The notes beneath the pieces are model-generated. The model saw only the letters and a program-made list of their open reading frames with translations. It ran no database searches and was not told the DNA's origin. 64,000 nucleotides of DNA from Myxococcota bacterium (GTDB lineage Bacteria; Myxococcota_A; UBA9160; UBA6930): the NCBI GenBank assembly GCA_965223415.1, contig OZ245002.1:3968001-4032000 (forward strand), read 5' to 3'. Of the stretch, positions 55,266-64,000 are shown piece after piece; the first letter of the stretch is position 1; each line of letters starts with the position of its first letter. The translations under genes and the position numbers were made by a program.

Positions 55266-56681
55266 ATGCAAGCCCCCTCGCTCCGGACCCTCGGTGAGCT
55301 GCGCCAGGCCGGCCACGCCCACCGCACGCTGCGCCAGGAGATCCACGCGAACCTGCTCGACAAGCTCGGCAAGGGGGATCCCCTCTTCCCGGGCATCGTC
55401 GGCTACGACGACACGGTGATCCCCGCGGTCGAGAACGCGCTGCTCTGCGGTCACGACCTCATCTTCCTGGGCGAGCGCGGGCAGGCCAAGTCGCGGATGA
55501 TCCGCCAGATGATCGGTCTCCTCGACGAGTGGATGCCGATCGTGGCCGGCAGCGAGATCCACGACGACCCCTTCGCGCCGGTCTCGGCCTTGGCGCGGCA
55601 GCAGGTGGCGGAGCACGGCGACGCCACTGAGATCGCCTGGGTGCACCGGGACGATCGCTACGTGGAGAAGCTCGCCACTCCGGACGTCTCGATCGCCGAC
55701 CTGATCGGCGACGTCGACCCGATCAAGGTCGCCCAGGGACGCACCCTCGGCGACGAGCTGACCATCCACTTCGGCCTCCTGCCGCGCACGAACCGCGGGA
55801 TCTTCTGCATCAACGAGCTGCCGGACCTGACGGAGAAGGTGCAGGTGGGTCTCTTCAACGTGATGCAGGAGCGCGACGTCCAGGTGAAGGGCTACAGCGT
55901 GCGCCTGCCCCTCGACGTGCTGGTCGTGGCCAGCGCCAACCCGGAGGACTACACGAGCCGCGGGCGCATCATCACGCCGCTGAAGGACCGCTATGCGGCC
56001 CAGGTGCGCACCCACTACCCGCAGAACCGCGAGCTCGAGCTGGGCGTGGTGCACCAGGAAGCGCGGGTGCCCCGGGTGGAAGGCCTCACCGTCGTCGTGC
56101 CCCCCTTCATGGAGGAGATCGTCGGCGAGCTCACCTTCCAGGCGCGCTCGAGCCCCGACGTGAACCAGACCTCCGGGGTCTCGGTGCGCATGTCCATCGC
56201 CAACTACGAGACCCTGGTGGCCAACGCCCTGCGCCGCGCGATCCGGTTGGGGGAGAAGGAGGCGGTTCCGCGCATCTGCGACCTCGAGGCGCTGGTCACC
56301 TCGACCGCCGGCAAGCTCGAGCTCGAGTACGCCGGAGAGGACCGCACCGAGACGCAGGTGGTCGAGGACCTGATGCGACGGGCGACCCGGCTCGTGTTCG
56401 ACGCCCGGGTGCCCCTCGAGGGCATGGCGCCGGTGATCGAGTCCTTCAACCAGGGATGGAACGTCGAGGTGTCCGCCGAGATGCCGGCGGGGGACTACCT
56501 GGAAGGTCTCGACGAGATCCAGGGCCTGCGGGAGGCCGCCTCCCAGCTCGCCGGCGGCGATTCCCCGGAGCGCCTGGCCAGCGCCATCGAGCTGCTGCTC
56601 GAGGGCCTCCACCTGCAGAACCGCCTCAATAAGTCGAGCACCGAAGGCGGGGCGCGCTACGGCGCCTCCGGGGGCCCATGA
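55266..56681 (+). CDS. AAA+ ATPase (Mg-chelatase/MoxR-related, Rv0958-like)
   Basis: Motifs GERGQAKSR, EKLATPD, INELPDL and ANPEDYTSRGRIITPLKDR. Confidence 0.88.
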   Translation: MQAPSLRTLGELRQAGHAHRTLRQEIHANLLDKLGKGDPLFPGIVGYDDTVIPAVENALLCGHDLIFLGERGQAKSRMIRQMIGLLDEWMPIVAGSEIHDDPFAPVSALARQQVAEHGDATEIAWVHRDDRYVEKLATPDVSIADLIGDVDPIKVAQGRTLGDELTIHFGLLPRTNRGIFCINELPDLTEKVQVGLFNVMQERDVQVKGYSVRLPLDVLVVASANPEDYTSRGRIITPLKDRYAAQVRTHYPQNRELELGVVHQEARVPRVEGLTVVVPPFMEEIVGELTFQARSSPDVNQTSGVSVRMSIANYETLVANALRRAIRLGEKEAVPRICDLEALVTSTAGKLELEYAGEDRTETQVVEDLMRRATRLVFDARVPLEGMAPVIESFNQGWNVEVSAEMPAGDYLEGLDEIQGLREAASQLAGGDSPERLASAIELLLEGLHLQNRLNKSSTEGGARYGASGGP

Positions 56682-58306
56682 GGATCCACCGCTACAGCCG
56701 GTGGGACGGGAGCCAGCAGCAGTTCACTCTCGACGCCCGGCAGGCGCTCGACGCCCTCTCGGAGCTGCTCATGGAGGGGCTCGACGTGGACGAGGCCCTC
56801 GAGTGGATGCGCCGGGGCGGCTTCGACCTGGCGGGCATGAATTTCCGCGTGATGGGCGTGGAGGAGATGATCCAGGAGCTCCGCGAGCAGGTGCAGGAGC
56901 TCTTCGACCAGTACCGGCTGGACGAGGCGACCCGGGAGCTGGCCCAGAAGCTCGACGACATCCTCGACCGGGAGGAGCGCGCCCAACGCGACGCCCACGG
57001 GATGGAGTCCCAGGCGATGAACGAGTTCCTCCAGCGTCGCCACGGGGAGCACGAGTCCCTCTCGGACGCCATCGAGGCCTTCCGCGACCACGCGTTCGAG
57101 GACGACGAGGCCGGCGAGGAGTACCGCGAGCTGCTCGAGGAGCTGGATCGCCTGCGCGAGCTCGAGGACTTCCAGCGCGAGCACGGCGAGAAGTTCCGGG
57201 GCGAGGAGGCCGCCGACTACGACACGGCCCAGGAGATCCGCGAGCGCATCCAGGCGCTCCAGCAGATGGCCCGCGACCTGGCCGAAGGCAACTTCCAGCA
57301 GGTCTCCATGGAGGAGCTGCGCGAGATGCTCTCGGAGGACGGCATGCAGTCCTTCGTGATGCTCCGGGACATGGAGCAGACGCTGCAGGACGAGGGCTTC
57401 CTGCGCCGGGCCGACGACGGCATGGAGCTCACGCCCCGGGCGATCCGCCGCATCGGCGCCCAGGCCCTGGCCTCCGTCTACAGCAAGCTGCGCAGCGGGC
57501 GCTCCGGAAGCCACGAGACGATGCACCGGGGCATCGCCACGCCGCGCCCGGACGAGACCCGGCCCTGGCAGTTCGGCGACGCTCTTGACGTGCACGTGGT
57601 GCGCACGGTGCTGAACGGCGTGAAGCGCGCCGTCGCCGAGGGGCGGCCGACCGCGCCGGTGCAGCTTGGCGTGGACGATCTCGAGGTGCGCGAGTGCGAC
57701 TTCAGCACGCAGACCACCACCGTGCTCCTCCTCGACATGAGCTGGTCCATGTCCTGGGCGGGGCGCTTCCCGGCGGCGAAGCGGGTCGCCCTGGCCCTCG
57801 ACCACCTGATCCGCACCCAGTATCCGCGCGACGACTTCTTCGTGGTGGGCTTCTCGACCCGGGCGAAGGAGCTTCCGATCAAGGAGCTGCCCCTCGCCCG
57901 CTGGGACATGGGCGATCCCTTCACGAACCTCCAGGAGGGGCTCCTGGTCGCGGAACGGTTGATCGGCCAGCACCCGAGCCCGAGCCCGAGCCCGCAGATC
58001 CTGGTGATCACCGACGGCCAGCCCACCGCCTACTTCGAGGGCCGCGAGCTGCGGGTGGAGTGGCCGATGGGCTTCGGCGGCGTCTCGCCCCACGCGGTGG
58101 CGGAGACCCTCAAGACCGTTCGCCGGGTGACCCGTCGGGGGATCACGATCAACACCTTCATGCTCGACGACGCGCCGGAGCTGGTGGGCTTCGTCGAACG
58201 CATGACCGAGATCAACAAGGGGCGCGCCTTCTTCACGATGCCGAACCAGCTGGGCAGCTTCCTCACCGTCGACTACCTGGCCCAGAAGCGGAGTCGGTTC
58301 CGCTGA
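56678..58306 (+). CDS. von Willebrand factor A-domain protein (Rv0959-like)
   Basis: RYSRWDGSQ N-terminus; MIDAS residues DMSWSM, TNLQEGL and ITDGQPTA; ATGA-coupled to the AAA gene. Confidence 0.88.
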   Translation: MRIHRYSRWDGSQQQFTLDARQALDALSELLMEGLDVDEALEWMRRGGFDLAGMNFRVMGVEEMIQELREQVQELFDQYRLDEATRELAQKLDDILDREERAQRDAHGMESQAMNEFLQRRHGEHESLSDAIEAFRDHAFEDDEAGEEYRELLEELDRLRELEDFQREHGEKFRGEEAADYDTAQEIRERIQALQQMARDLAEGNFQQVSMEELREMLSEDGMQSFVMLRDMEQTLQDEGFLRRADDGMELTPRAIRRIGAQALASVYSKLRSGRSGSHETMHRGIATPRPDETRPWQFGDALDVHVVRTVLNGVKRAVAEGRPTAPVQLGVDDLEVRECDFSTQTTTVLLLDMSWSMSWAGRFPAAKRVALALDHLIRTQYPRDDFFVVGFSTRAKELPIKELPLARWDMGDPFTNLQEGLLVAERLIGQHPSPSPSPQILVITDGQPTAYFEGRELRVEWPMGFGGVSPHAVAETLKTVRRVTRRGITINTFMLDDAPELVGFVERMTEINKGRAFFTMPNQLGSFLTVDYLAQKRSRFR

Positions 58307-58316
58307 GCAGCACCCC

Positions 58317-59900
58317 GTGAGTCTGGATCCCGGCGGCAGCCCCCGCCGGCTGTGGGCCAACCTGAGCCGGGCCGCGCGGCTCGGGGTGGCCGGCGGCGTC
58401 TTTGCCCGGGGCCCCGTGTGGCTCCGCCTGCGCCTCGCCTCGCCGGTCCCCGAGCTCGCCGCCCAGGCCTGGTTCGGCCAGCGGGAGTCGCACCTCTCGA
58501 TGCTCGACGTGGTGCGGGTGCTCCACGCGGCGAAGGACGACCCGGACGTCGCCGGGGTGGTGCTCCGGCTGCTCGGCGCGCCCGGCGGCGCGGCCCGGGT
58601 CGAGAGCCTGCGCCGGGCGATCGCGGCGGTGCGTGCCGCCGGCAAGCCCGTGGTCGTCTGGTCCGAGAGCCTCGGCACCCAGGAGACCTGGCTGGCCAGC
58701 GCCGCCAGCCGCGTGGCGATTCCGCCGTCGGGCAGCGTGCACCTGCTCGGCATCCGCTTCGAGGGCTTCTTCCTGCGCGATCTCCTCGCCCGCCTGGGTG
58801 TGCAGGCCGACGTGCTGCGGGTCGGCGACTTCAAGAGTGCGGGTGAGCTGCTCACCCGCTCCGGCTACTCGGAGGAAGCGCGCGCCCAGCTCGAGGCGCT
58901 GGCGGACGACCTGTTCGAAACACTGGTGCGGGACGTCGCGGCGGGGCGCAGCCTCACGGAGGCGCAGGTGCGCGAGCACGTGGACCGCGGCCTCCTCACC
59001 GCCCAGGGCGCCCGGGAGGCCGGGCTCATCGACGCCTGCCTCTATCCCGACGAGCTGGAGCAGCTGCTCGGCGAGCTCGCGCCCGCCGCCTGGCACCAGG
59101 ACAAGCCCCGGCTCCTCGACGCGGCGGCCTACCGGGCCCTGCGCGCCGCCGATGCCGGCTTCCAGCCGCTGCTCCGCCGGGCGCCACGGCTCGTGTACGT
59201 CGCCGCCCGCGGCGGCATCGGCCGCGGCCGCGGCCTGCGCGGCATCGCCGCCGATACCTACCGGCGCCTGCTCGAGCCCCTGGCCGAGCGGGAGGACGTG
59301 CTGGGCGTCGTGCTGCGGGTGGACAGCCCGGGCGGGGAGGGCGTCGCCTCGGACCTCCTGGGCCGGGCGGTGCGGCGCATCGCCGACGCCAAGCCGATCG
59401 TCGTGTCGATGGGGGACACGGCGGCCAGCGGCGGTTACTTCCTCGCCGCCGGGGCCACCGCCATCCTCGCCGAGGCCACGACCCTGACCGGCTCCATCGG
59501 CGTCGTCGGCGGGAAGCTCGACTTCTCCTCCCTCTACGAGCGGGCCGGCATCGGTCGCGACGCCGTCGAACGCGGCGCCCAGGCGGGCCTCCATTCGGAG
59601 GCCCGCACCTTCACGCCCTCCGAGCGGCGCGCCCTGCGCGACGAGCTGGGCGCCGTCTACGAGCTCTTCCTCCAGCGGGTGGCCGAGGGCCGCGCCCGCA
59701 GCCGGGACGAGATTCACGCCCTGGCCCAGGGCCGCGTCTGGAGCGGCGCCCGAGCGGCCGCCCAGGGCCTGGTCGACAGCCTGGGCGGCCCCCTCGAAGC
59801 CCTCACCGAGCTCCGCACCCGCGCCGGCCTGGGCGACGCCGAGCGCATCCTCCTCGAAGAGCACCCGCGCCTCCCCCGTCTCGCGACCCTCCTCCCCTGA
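58317..59900 (+). CDS. sppA: Signal peptide peptidase SppA (S49, long form)
   Basis: Motifs GDFKSAGE, LRVDSPGG, SMGDTAASGGY, TGSIGV and GRVWSG. Confidence 0.9.
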   Translation: MSLDPGGSPRRLWANLSRAARLGVAGGVFARGPVWLRLRLASPVPELAAQAWFGQRESHLSMLDVVRVLHAAKDDPDVAGVVLRLLGAPGGAARVESLRRAIAAVRAAGKPVVVWSESLGTQETWLASAASRVAIPPSGSVHLLGIRFEGFFLRDLLARLGVQADVLRVGDFKSAGELLTRSGYSEEARAQLEALADDLFETLVRDVAAGRSLTEAQVREHVDRGLLTAQGAREAGLIDACLYPDELEQLLGELAPAAWHQDKPRLLDAAAYRALRAADAGFQPLLRRAPRLVYVAARGGIGRGRGLRGIAADTYRRLLEPLAEREDVLGVVLRVDSPGGEGVASDLLGRAVRRIADAKPIVVSMGDTAASGGYFLAAGATAILAEATTLTGSIGVVGGKLDFSSLYERAGIGRDAVERGAQAGLHSEARTFTPSERRALRDELGAVYELFLQRVAEGRARSRDEIHALAQGRVWSGARAAAQGLVDSLGGPLEALTELRTRAGLGDAERILLEEHPRLPRLATLLP

Positions 59901-59936
59901 ACCCGGTGCCTTCCATGGGGTCGCTACCGTCCCGGC

Positions 59937-60577
59937 GTGGGACGCAAGCTCAAGCTCGACATCCCGGGCCCGGACCGGCGCCTCTCGGTGGAGGAGGTCC
60001 GCGAGAAGGGGTGGCCGGCGGTCTTCGCGCCGGACGTCGCGGATCCCCTGCCGCTGGTGGTGGAGCTCGGCTTCGGCCGCGGCGAGTTCCTCCGCCACCT
60101 CGCCGCCGAGGCGCCGGAGCAGGCCCACGTGGGCGTGGAGCTCTCCTTCAAGCGTGTCCTGAAGATGGCGCGCCGCATCGCCCGGGAGGACCCGGGCAAC
60201 GTCCGGCTGGTCTGCGCCCCCGCCGAGCAGGTGGTGCGTGAGGTGCTCGCGCCCGCCAGCGTGCGGACCCTCTGGGTCAACTTCCCAGACCCGTGGCCGA
60301 AGAAGCGCCACCACAAGCACCGGCTCCTCCAGCCTCCCCTTGTGGCCCAGCTCGCACGGCGCCTCGTTCCCGGCGGCGCCCTCGAGATCGCGACGGACCA
60401 CGCCGACTATGCCGAGGCGATCGACGCCGCGCTCCGCGGCGAGCGGGAGCTCCAGAACACGCTCGGCGTGCCCTTCCGCCGCGACGTCCCCGGCCGGCTC
60501 CACACCGCCTACGAGCTGGAGTGGCGCGCGGAGGGGCGGCCCCTCCACTTCTGGAGCTACCGGCGCAGGATGCCCGC

Positions 60578-60581
<4 letters not shown>
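59937..60581 (+). CDS. trmB: tRNA (guanine-N7)-methyltransferase
   Basis: Motifs ELGFGRGEFL, NFPDPWPKKRHHKHRL, ATD and TAYE. Confidence 0.92.
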
Positions 60582-61615
<1,034 letters not shown>

Positions 61616-61650
61616 GGCTCGCCCCCCGGGCGGCCGACGGGGCTCTCGGA

Positions 61651-62331
61651 ATGCTCTACGCGATCGGCGACATCCACGGCGAGCTGCGCCAGCTCGACGC
61701 GCTGCTGAAGCAGCTGCCCCTCGCGGAGGGCGATCGCCTGGTCTTCCTCGGCGACTACGTCGACCGCGGGCCGGACTCCGCCGGCGTCGTGAGCCGGCTC
61801 GTCGATCTCTCCCGCCGGGTCGACTGCGTCTTCCTGCTGGGGAACCACGAGTCGATGTTCCTCGACTTCCTGGGCTTCCGCGGCCCCGCCTGGTTCGGCG
61901 GCGACGCCTTCCTGATGAACGGCGGCGACCGCACCCTGGCGAGCTACGGCTACTTCAGCGCCCCGGACCCGAAGCCCGAGGTCTTCCAGCTCCCGCCGGC
62001 CCACGAGCGCTTCTACCTGGACCTCCAGCCCTACCACGCGGAGGGCGACTACCTCTTCGTCCACGCCGGCCTGGGTGAGCGCACCCTCCAGTCCGGCGAC
62101 GCCGCCTTTGCCCTGCGCCGGTCGCGCCCGGAGGACCTGCTCTGGAATCGCTCCAGCATGGAGATGCCCCACAACCTCGGCGTGACCGTCGTCTACGGCC
62201 ACACTCCGAGCCGCGACTTCGGCGTGCGCCGGAACGATCCCTTCAGCATCGGCATCGACACCGGCGCGGTCTACGGCGGGCCCCTCACGGCGATCCGGCT
62301 GCCGGACGAGACGATCTACCAGGCGCTGTAG
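61651..62331 (+). CDS. PPP-family Ser/Thr protein phosphatase (PrpA/PphA-like metallophosphoesterase)
   Basis: Motifs GDIHG, GDYVDRG, GNHE, HAG, GHTP and IDTG. Confidence 0.93.
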   Translation: MLYAIGDIHGELRQLDALLKQLPLAEGDRLVFLGDYVDRGPDSAGVVSRLVDLSRRVDCVFLLGNHESMFLDFLGFRGPAWFGGDAFLMNGGDRTLASYGYFSAPDPKPEVFQLPPAHERFYLDLQPYHAEGDYLFVHAGLGERTLQSGDAAFALRRSRPEDLLWNRSSMEMPHNLGVTVVYGHTPSRDFGVRRNDPFSIGIDTGAVYGGPLTAIRLPDETIYQAL

Positions 62332-62337
62332 GGCGGC

Positions 62338-64000
62338 CTACTTCGCCGGAATCGTGATGCGTTGTCCCGGCTGCAGACGGTGGGCGTTGCGGATGCCGTT
62401 CAGGGCGACGAGGGCACTGCGGGTCACGCCGAAGCGCCGCGCGATGCCGTCGAGGGTGTCGCCGCGCCGCACGGTGTAGACGCCAGCGCGGGCCAGCTCC
62501 GGGCGGGCGCTCACGGCGCCGCCGGGCAGCTCGAGGACCTGGCCGGCGCGGATGCGGTTGCGGTCGCGCAGGTGGTTCGTCGACAAGAGGTCGCGCTCGC
62601 TCACACCGAAGCGGCGGGCGATGGAGGAGACCGTGTCGCCCCGCTGCACCGTGTAGAGGCCGTCCTTCGGCAGCGCGGCGGGCGGCTGGCTGGGCACGAC
62701 GCGGCCAGCGCGCACCGGGAGCTTCAGGACCTGGCCGGCGCGGATCCGATGGCGGCTGCGCAGGCCGTTCAGCGCCACCAGCTCGGATTCGCGCACTCCG
62801 AAACGGCTCGCGATGCGGGAGAGCGAATCGCCCCGCCGCACCCGGTAGGTGCGGTCCGGGAGCTGCTTCGCGTGGCGCTGGTGGCCGCCGAGTCCGGCGA
62901 TCACCACCTTGCCCGAGGCCCGCATCGGATCCGGCGGCACCCGAAGGGGATAGCCCTTGGGCACGAGCTTCTGCCCCGTCCACACGGGGCTGCGCAGCGC
63001 CGGGTTGGCCCGGCGCAACTCGTCGGTGCTGACGCCGAAGGCCGCCGCCAGGTCCGACGCCTTTGCGTAGTGCGGGAGCGTCACGATCTCCGGCCGGTCC
63101 GGCGGCTCGATCTGGAGCTTCCCGAAGTGGCGCTCGGCCTCCTGCTGTACCTCGAGGGCCGCGAGGAACTCGCAGTAGAAGTTGCGGGAGGCGAAGCCGA
63201 AGGTGCGGCTCTTGTAGCGGTCGAGGATCTGCTCGATGTTTCGGGTGCCGAGCTTGCGCACGGCGCGCTCCATGCCACCCGGGCCGTGGTTGTAGGCGGT
63301 CAGGGCCAGCGGCCAGGTGCCGAGCCTCTCGTGGTTCGAGCGCAGCAGCCTCGCCGCGGCGACCGTCGCCAGGAACGGATCGTTGCGCTCGTCCACCACA
63401 TGGTCGACGCGCATGTACATGCGCCCGGTGCCGCGAGTGAACTGCCAGAGGCCCGAGGCGCCCACGTGGGAGCGGGCCCTCGGGTTGAACGACGACTCCA
63501 CGTGGGGCAGGGCGGTCAGGTTCGCCGGCAGCCCGCGATCCTGGAACACCCGCCGCATGTAGGATTCCCAGCGCCCCTGGCGGATCAGGCCGGCCCGGAA
63601 CTTGTCCGCCTGACCGCGCTGGAAGCGCACCTGGCGGCTCGCCTCCCGCAGCGTGGCGTTGCTGACGCCCTGGGGAAAGAGCGCCAGGATCCGCTTCTGC
63701 TCGGCGTTCAGCCCGCTCCGCTTGCCGCTGGCGAGGGTGCGCAGAACCTTCTTGATGGCCTCCCGCTCGGCCTTGATCGCCCGGTCGCGGGCGCGGCGCG
63801 AGAGGTTGCCCGACGCGGCCACCGTGCCGTACACGACCCGGAGGTCCCGGGAGTCGTGCATCAGCCCGTGATCGGTGTCGACCTCGGCGTAGATGCGCTT
63901 CCAGAAGGCGACCCGCGGCTCGAGCTTCGCGGGCTTCGGGAAGGCGGGTCCGGCGGCGGCCGGGCCGGCGAGCAGGACCCAGGCGATCGCGATCAGGAGC
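62338..64000 (-). CDS. MltD-like lytic transglycosylase with LysM repeats (5' end beyond the window)
   Basis: SLT motifs VESSFN, GLWQF and AYNHG; three clear LysM repeats (YxVxRGD). The frame is open to the window end and includes part of a signal peptide. Confidence 0.92.
   Translation of the reverse strand, partial: LLIAIAWVLLAGPAAAGPAFPKPAKLEPRVAFWKRIYAEVDTDHGLMHDSRDLRVVYGTVAASGNLSRRARDRAIKAEREAIKKVLRTLASGKRSGLNAEQKRILALFPQGVSNATLREASRQVRFQRGQADKFRAGLIRQGRWESYMRRVFQDRGLPANLTALPHVESSFNPRARSHVGASGLWQFTRGTGRMYMRVDHVVDERNDPFLATVAAARLLRSNHERLGTWPLALTAYNHGPGGMERAVRKLGTRNIEQILDRYKSRTFGFASRNFYCEFLAALEVQQEAERHFGKLQIEPPDRPEIVTLPHYAKASDLAAAFGVSTDELRRANPALRSPVWTGQKLVPKGYPLRVPPDPMRASGKVVIAGLGGHQRHAKQLPDRTYRVRRGDSLSRIASRFGVRESELVALNGLRSRHRIRAGQVLKLPVRAGRVVPSQPPAALPKDGLYTVQRGDTVSSIARRFGVSERDLLSTNHLRDRNRIRAGQVLELPGGAVSARPELARAGVYTVRRGDTLDGIARRFGVTRSALVALNGIRNAHRLQPGQRITIPAK

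Noticed and set aside
57973..57993. (CCCGAG)x3 microsatellite in the vWA gene
   Set aside because: It is an in-frame hexamer (PSPSPSP) in a probable loop and cannot switch the reading frame.
62338..62860. Repeated DNA segments in the transglycosylase gene
   Set aside because: Explained by the tandem LysM domains.

Overview
High-GC bacterial chromosomal segment. Gene content (PEP-CTERM proteins, MJ0042/DUF3426 zinc-finger protein, ArsA-like pair with PhaR, layout of the dcw cluster) suggests Myxococcota/deltaproteobacteria; this is an inference only. In order along the window: a lipid-catabolism locus (SCP2 protein and an acyl-CoA dehydrogenase pair); PEP-CTERM surface-protein genes, including a tandem double PEP-CTERM ORF, a sigma-54-driven CHRD protein and a frameshifted Asp-box protein; ndk; an ECF sigma/anti-sigma/periplasmic cassette; a minus-strand dcw cluster (mraZ-rsmH-ftsL-ftsI-murE-murF-mraY-murD-ftsW-murG-murC-murB-ftsQ-ftsA-ftsZ, no ddl); an HDAC-family gene; an accessory lipid-modification block interrupted by a cyclase-AAA-TPR gene; PhaR with two ArsA-like ATPases; tatA, PMM, DsbA; an ECF sigma; an operon led by a ParA fused to a glycogen-binding-type domain; then a 2-phosphoglycerate kinase-like gene, M48 peptidase, AAA/vWA pair, sppA, trmB, rlmN, a phosphatase and a LysM lytic transglycosylase. 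The most unusual signals are (i) the ParA-CBM operon with apparently dead MinD-like and nuclease-like partners, (ii) a 38-bp triplicated murB/ftsQ junction that creates two translationally coupled 13-codon mini-ORFs, (iii) paired NrdR-like boxes, MraZ boxes and a REPIN-like element upstream of mraZ, (iv) the double PEP-CTERM polyprotein, and (v) a long structured mraZ-rsmH spacer. I recognised no tRNA, rRNA, CRISPR array or transposase. All product calls come from motif recognition by eye, with no database searches.
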